From NCBI RefSeq assembly GCF_018977255.1, contig NW_024704742.1, positions 131,628,001-131,692,000 on the forward strand: a stretch of 64,000 bases of DNA, given 5' to 3'. The notes beneath the pieces were generated by a model. The model was given only the letters and a program-made list of their open reading frames with translations. It was not told the origin of the DNA and ran no database searches. The position numbers were made by a program, and so were the translations under genes. The stretch comes from Callorhinchus milii (lineage: Eukaryota). Positions 60,091 through 64,000 of this stretch are shown one piece after another (position 1 is the stretch's first letter; each line of letters begins with the position of its first letter).

Positions 60091-61169
60091 TCTTGGGGAT
60101 TTTTCACACTTTTCACTAGGATACCTTGCACAGCTAAGAACATAATAAAGGAGAGGATGAGAGATGTCTGTTGATAGACCAGTTAGTCCACTAGATTAGA
60201 ACTAATATTCGAATAAAGAGGAGTCTTTAGCCCAATTCACAAGGTCACAAGATCATGAGATTAGTTCATTGAAAGATCTCATCCTTCTAGAAGATCCACC
60301 CCACCATATTCCCTCCCGGTGTCAAGCTGTTTTCCCTGTTCATGGCCCTAGTGCTGTGGGATTTCCAAGCTGAGGAACTAAAAGTTTATGACTGATGAGA
60401 GTTTGCAAACAGTGGCGTTGAGGTGGGTGGGCAATATCACGGTCCATTGTTCTTAACAGTATTATTGACTTGATCCTCTGAACAGAAAAGGCAATGCACC
60501 ATTTGTTCCCCAATGTCCAATATTGCCTGTGGTGAAATGTTCACTGCTTATCTTTCAGATTGGGAGGTATCCACGCATAGAATAGAATTGATGCTATACA
60601 TAAGATTGGGAACAGTTATAAGTTACAAGAATAAATCAACGGTGCGATAGTTGTTTTCATGCCTCTACAGTAACTCAGATTATGTATTTTCCAGTACATA
60701 TGCAATTTCCAATATTACTAAATCGGTCACGTTCTCTTGGTAATATAATTGCAAAATATTTTTTACCAGCTTCAAAATAAAAGATCATTGGTGGCAAAAT
60801 GAAAGGATTGCACCATTGATCACGTCTATGCCGAACAGCAGAATAAATTAGAAAACTTTACAAAAAAACCCACAATTATTTAGATCCAGTAGAGAGTTTG
60901 TCTCCCTGATTGACTCCCTTTGTGGCAAGGATGGAAATGGAGTATTTTATTTGGGTCAGCTGAGTGTCTGAAACATGCAGAAGCCTATCACGGTGCTCAG
61001 GAGTGTCTCAACCACAGTAAGAGTTCTACATGAGTATGCCACCCGCCCCTTGCAGGTCCTCTCACTTGCGAGGCGAGTGGTCTAACCGCTGAGGTACAGG
61101 AGGCTACTTTTGACCAAGAAACAAGAATGCTATCATTAACTCAGCTGTAAAACCACTTTAAAAGCAGAA

Positions 61170-61450
61170 ATAAATATTAAACAAGGGTCAAACAAACCGC
61201 AGTGGAGAAAAAAACAGTCTTTACGCAGAGAGTGACTAGAGTGCGGGGACTTTTTCCCAGAAACTGTTGAAGCAGAAAACATCAACACATTTAAGAGAAA
61301 ATGTGATCATACGTTGAGAGAGAAAAGAAAAGAGAGGTGTACGAAAGGGGAACAGGAGGGGTGGAGGCTTGGGTGGGATATAAACCCCAGTTTGGACCAC
61401 TCAGCCGAATGGGTCTGTTTCCGAGCTGTAACAGCATTTGTAATTCTATT
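61170..61450 (+). mobile_element. CR1 3' end
   Basis: tttacgcagagagtg...gttgaagcagaaaac...gccgaatgggtctgtttccgagctgtaa. Confidence 0.72.
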
Positions 61451-62074
61451 TAAATCTATGTCTTCTGAGGTTGCTTTAATCAGATGGTTGAAAGTGAAAG
61501 ATATTTAATTAAAATCTAAATTTTTTATGTTTAAAAAAGCTGTAGTGGGGAAAAACAAAACACTTTGCTCAATTTCTCCTTCAAATTGCCCCATTAAGAA
61601 GAATAAATGCTCAATAAACAATCTGGAACGGTTGGGGAATTCTGTTTACAACCAGAAGGCTCATTTTGAAGAAGTCCTCTCCTATGCTCCAGCAGTGATG
61701 ACTGGCCTGGCTCTTCTCCTCCTCTTTATTTTCTCTGCTATACTTCATCTTTTCACTCACAAGTAATGAATTGTGTTTGTTTCCTGCTGATTTCCAGTTG
61801 ATTGTTGATTCTGCAGTGATAACCTGGGACTTTGCACCATCAAAGAAACTGAAATAGGCTTGCATCACTTTGATGATGTGCAGTTATACAGTTTGCAAGA
61901 TTCATTTCCCCCCATTGTAAGCGCACTTGGTCAAAATCGGTACAATTAGCCCTGGCACTGCCCTACCCCTCTGGCCTGCTTATTCCTCACCACTACCTGC
62001 CACCTCCACTTGGCTGGTTCCAGTCCCCTGCATGTCCCCCGTCCCCTTTGGTGGCTGTGCTTTCAGCCACTATG

Positions 62075-62662
62075 ACACTGTTTCTCACCGCAGGCCGCCG
62101 AGACCCTCATCCATGCATTCATCACATCAAGGCTCGACTACACAAACTCGCTGCTTGTTGACCTCCCCAACTCCTCCCTCCACAGGCTGCAGATCATCCA
62201 GAACTCTGCAGCCCTTGTCCTCTCCTGCACCAGGCTCCACGACCCTATCACCTTCATCCTTGCCTAACTCCACTGGCTTCCCATCACACAGAGGATACAG
62301 TTCAAGATACTGGTCCTCACCTTCAAAGCCCTCCAAGGCCTTGCTCCTCCCTACCACCGTGACTTCCTAACGTCCTACCAACCTGTCTGCTTCCTTTGGT
62401 GGGCGGGTCTTCAGCCTCTCTACCCACACCTTCTGCAACTTCATCCCACTGTCCCTCCACCTCACCATCTCCCCTTCCTCCTTCAAGATCTGTCTCAAGA
62501 CCCTCCTCTTTGACCGTGCCTTCAGTCACTCTCCTAATCCTACCCTCCCTGCCCCCCACCCCTCCTAATCCCAATCTCCAGATCAGGTGACTGTCCAGGG
62601 CCTTGTGATGTCCTCCTGACATGAAATGTACTGTACAAATGTAATTTGTTGTTGTTGTTGTC
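62075..62662 (+). mobile_element. L2 ORF2 3' fragment
   Basis: ETLIHAFITSRLDY.NSLL, LQIIQNSAA, HWLPITQRIQFKIL; (TTG)n tail. Confidence 0.9.
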
Positions 62663-62952
62663 TATTTCGTCTGCACACTAAATGGAGGAGGCCAGGCTGT
62701 CAGAGCTGGAAGTGTACAATAACAACAATAACAACTTGTGTTTATAGAACGCCATTCATATGGGTAGCGTCTTTGAGTGTTGAACAATTGCGTAGCTTGG
62801 CGCCGAGCTAGGGAGAAAGGGGAGGTGACCACAGGCACGGTCAAAGTGGAAAGCCTGTTGGGTCTGAAGACGAGCAAAGAGGGGACAATTCTGGGAATGT
62901 ACTATGTGACTCACATTTGTCAACAAAACAACAGCAACTTTGATTTCTATGT

Positions 62953-63398
62953 GGAGTCCTGTAGAGAAGTGGTTAGTGTGCTCGCCTTGCAAGCGAGAGG
63001 ACTCAGGTTTGAATCCGGGAGTGTCAAAACATCAGGCAGGTTTCTTTAATCCACACGCCTCTATTTACTTAGCAGTAGGAACACGGTTGTTAGTCAATTG
63101 GTAGATCACTTTCTGATGGCAATAATCCTTTAAACATAAACAAACAAACAAACAAACAAATAAATAAATAAATAAATAAGTAGATAAATAGGCAAATAGA
63201 TAAATAAACAAATAAACAAATAAATAAATAAAATTGGGTCACTCAATCCACGACTATTTGAGAGACTATTTGAGCTGTGCGCAATTGGCTGCTGTGTTTC
63301 ACCCACTAATCCACTTTAGAGTATATTTTGTGAAGCGCTTTGAGATGTCTCAACAACGTGATAAGGTGCTATATCAAATGCAAAGATTATTATTATTA
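62953..63398 (+). mobile_element. long-subfamily SINE with internal (CAAA)n/(TAAA)n expansion
   Basis: ggagtcctgtag head; tetranucleotide run 63135-63232 replaces the A-rich linker; normal tail. Confidence 0.88.
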
Positions 63399-64000
63399 TA
63401 GTGCTCTTCACGCAGGATGGTGCCTCTGAGCAGCGAGATCCTGCCAGTACCAGGACGATACTTTTGAGCAGGACCCTTCCATCTGAATGCTCCTGAGAGA
63501 CGCAACTCTTTCTGTCACGAGAAAACTAAAGGCACCACAGGACCAAGCAAACAGGAAGCATACGAGAAATCATCCAGGTGCAATTAATTCGATCAGGCAA
63601 AGGAAGCCTTGTGTTGTTGCCAGCAAAGCTCCCCCCACCCCAAAAAATATATATTTTTGCAAACCTTGGTTGCGCTGAGCAAAGAGGAAATGTTGTTTAA
63701 TTTCATATTATTTCGCACACAAAATGCACAATCAATCCGCTTTAAAATATATTCTGTGAAGCGCTTTGAGATGTCTCAACAACGTGATAAGGCTCTATAT
63801 CAAATGTAATGATTATTATTGTTATTACTATTATTATTATACTTCTCACTGTTGCCTACATGAAACCAATACATAGGCAGTTCAATATTTCTAACTTTTC
63901 TTCCTGTGTATCCGATATGAAATAATAATCCGTGAATTTGATACAGTGTCGTATTACATCTTTGAGATGTCTCAAAGCGCTTCGCAGAATACACTGTAAA

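Overview
This is AT-rich, CpG-depleted vertebrate genomic DNA dominated by retrotransposon debris. The repeat set points to a cartilaginous fish, most likely a holocephalan such as Callorhinchus milii (inferred from remembered repeat families, not from a search). It includes a tRNA-headed SINE with an L2-type tail and (ATT)n end, Deu/SacSINE-like SINEs, young L2 3' ends, CR1 fragments and a shark-type Penelope end. No protein-coding gene can be called with confidence. Nearly all ORFs in the track are by-products of SINE, L2 and CR1 copies, so the window looks intronic or intergenic, with several repeat-poor islands. Better-supported features are a 1047-bp solo ERV LTR with a 4-bp TSD, a cluster where an R4/Dong LINE is interrupted by a hAT end and abuts a Helitron helicase fragment, three R4 3' ends beside simple-repeat tails, hAT MITEs, palindromic MITEs, LF-SINE-like and AmnSINE2-like relics, and three local duplications (two inverted, one direct). 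The most curious observation is a 198-bp SINE insertion at 41948-42145. Its minus-strand ends are GT and AG, so splicing would restore a ~190-codon frame in a CpG-rich segment of unknown origin. I found no clear novel multi-gene system. Family names come from recall and need RepeatMasker/Dfam confirmation. Boundaries of old repeats are approximate.
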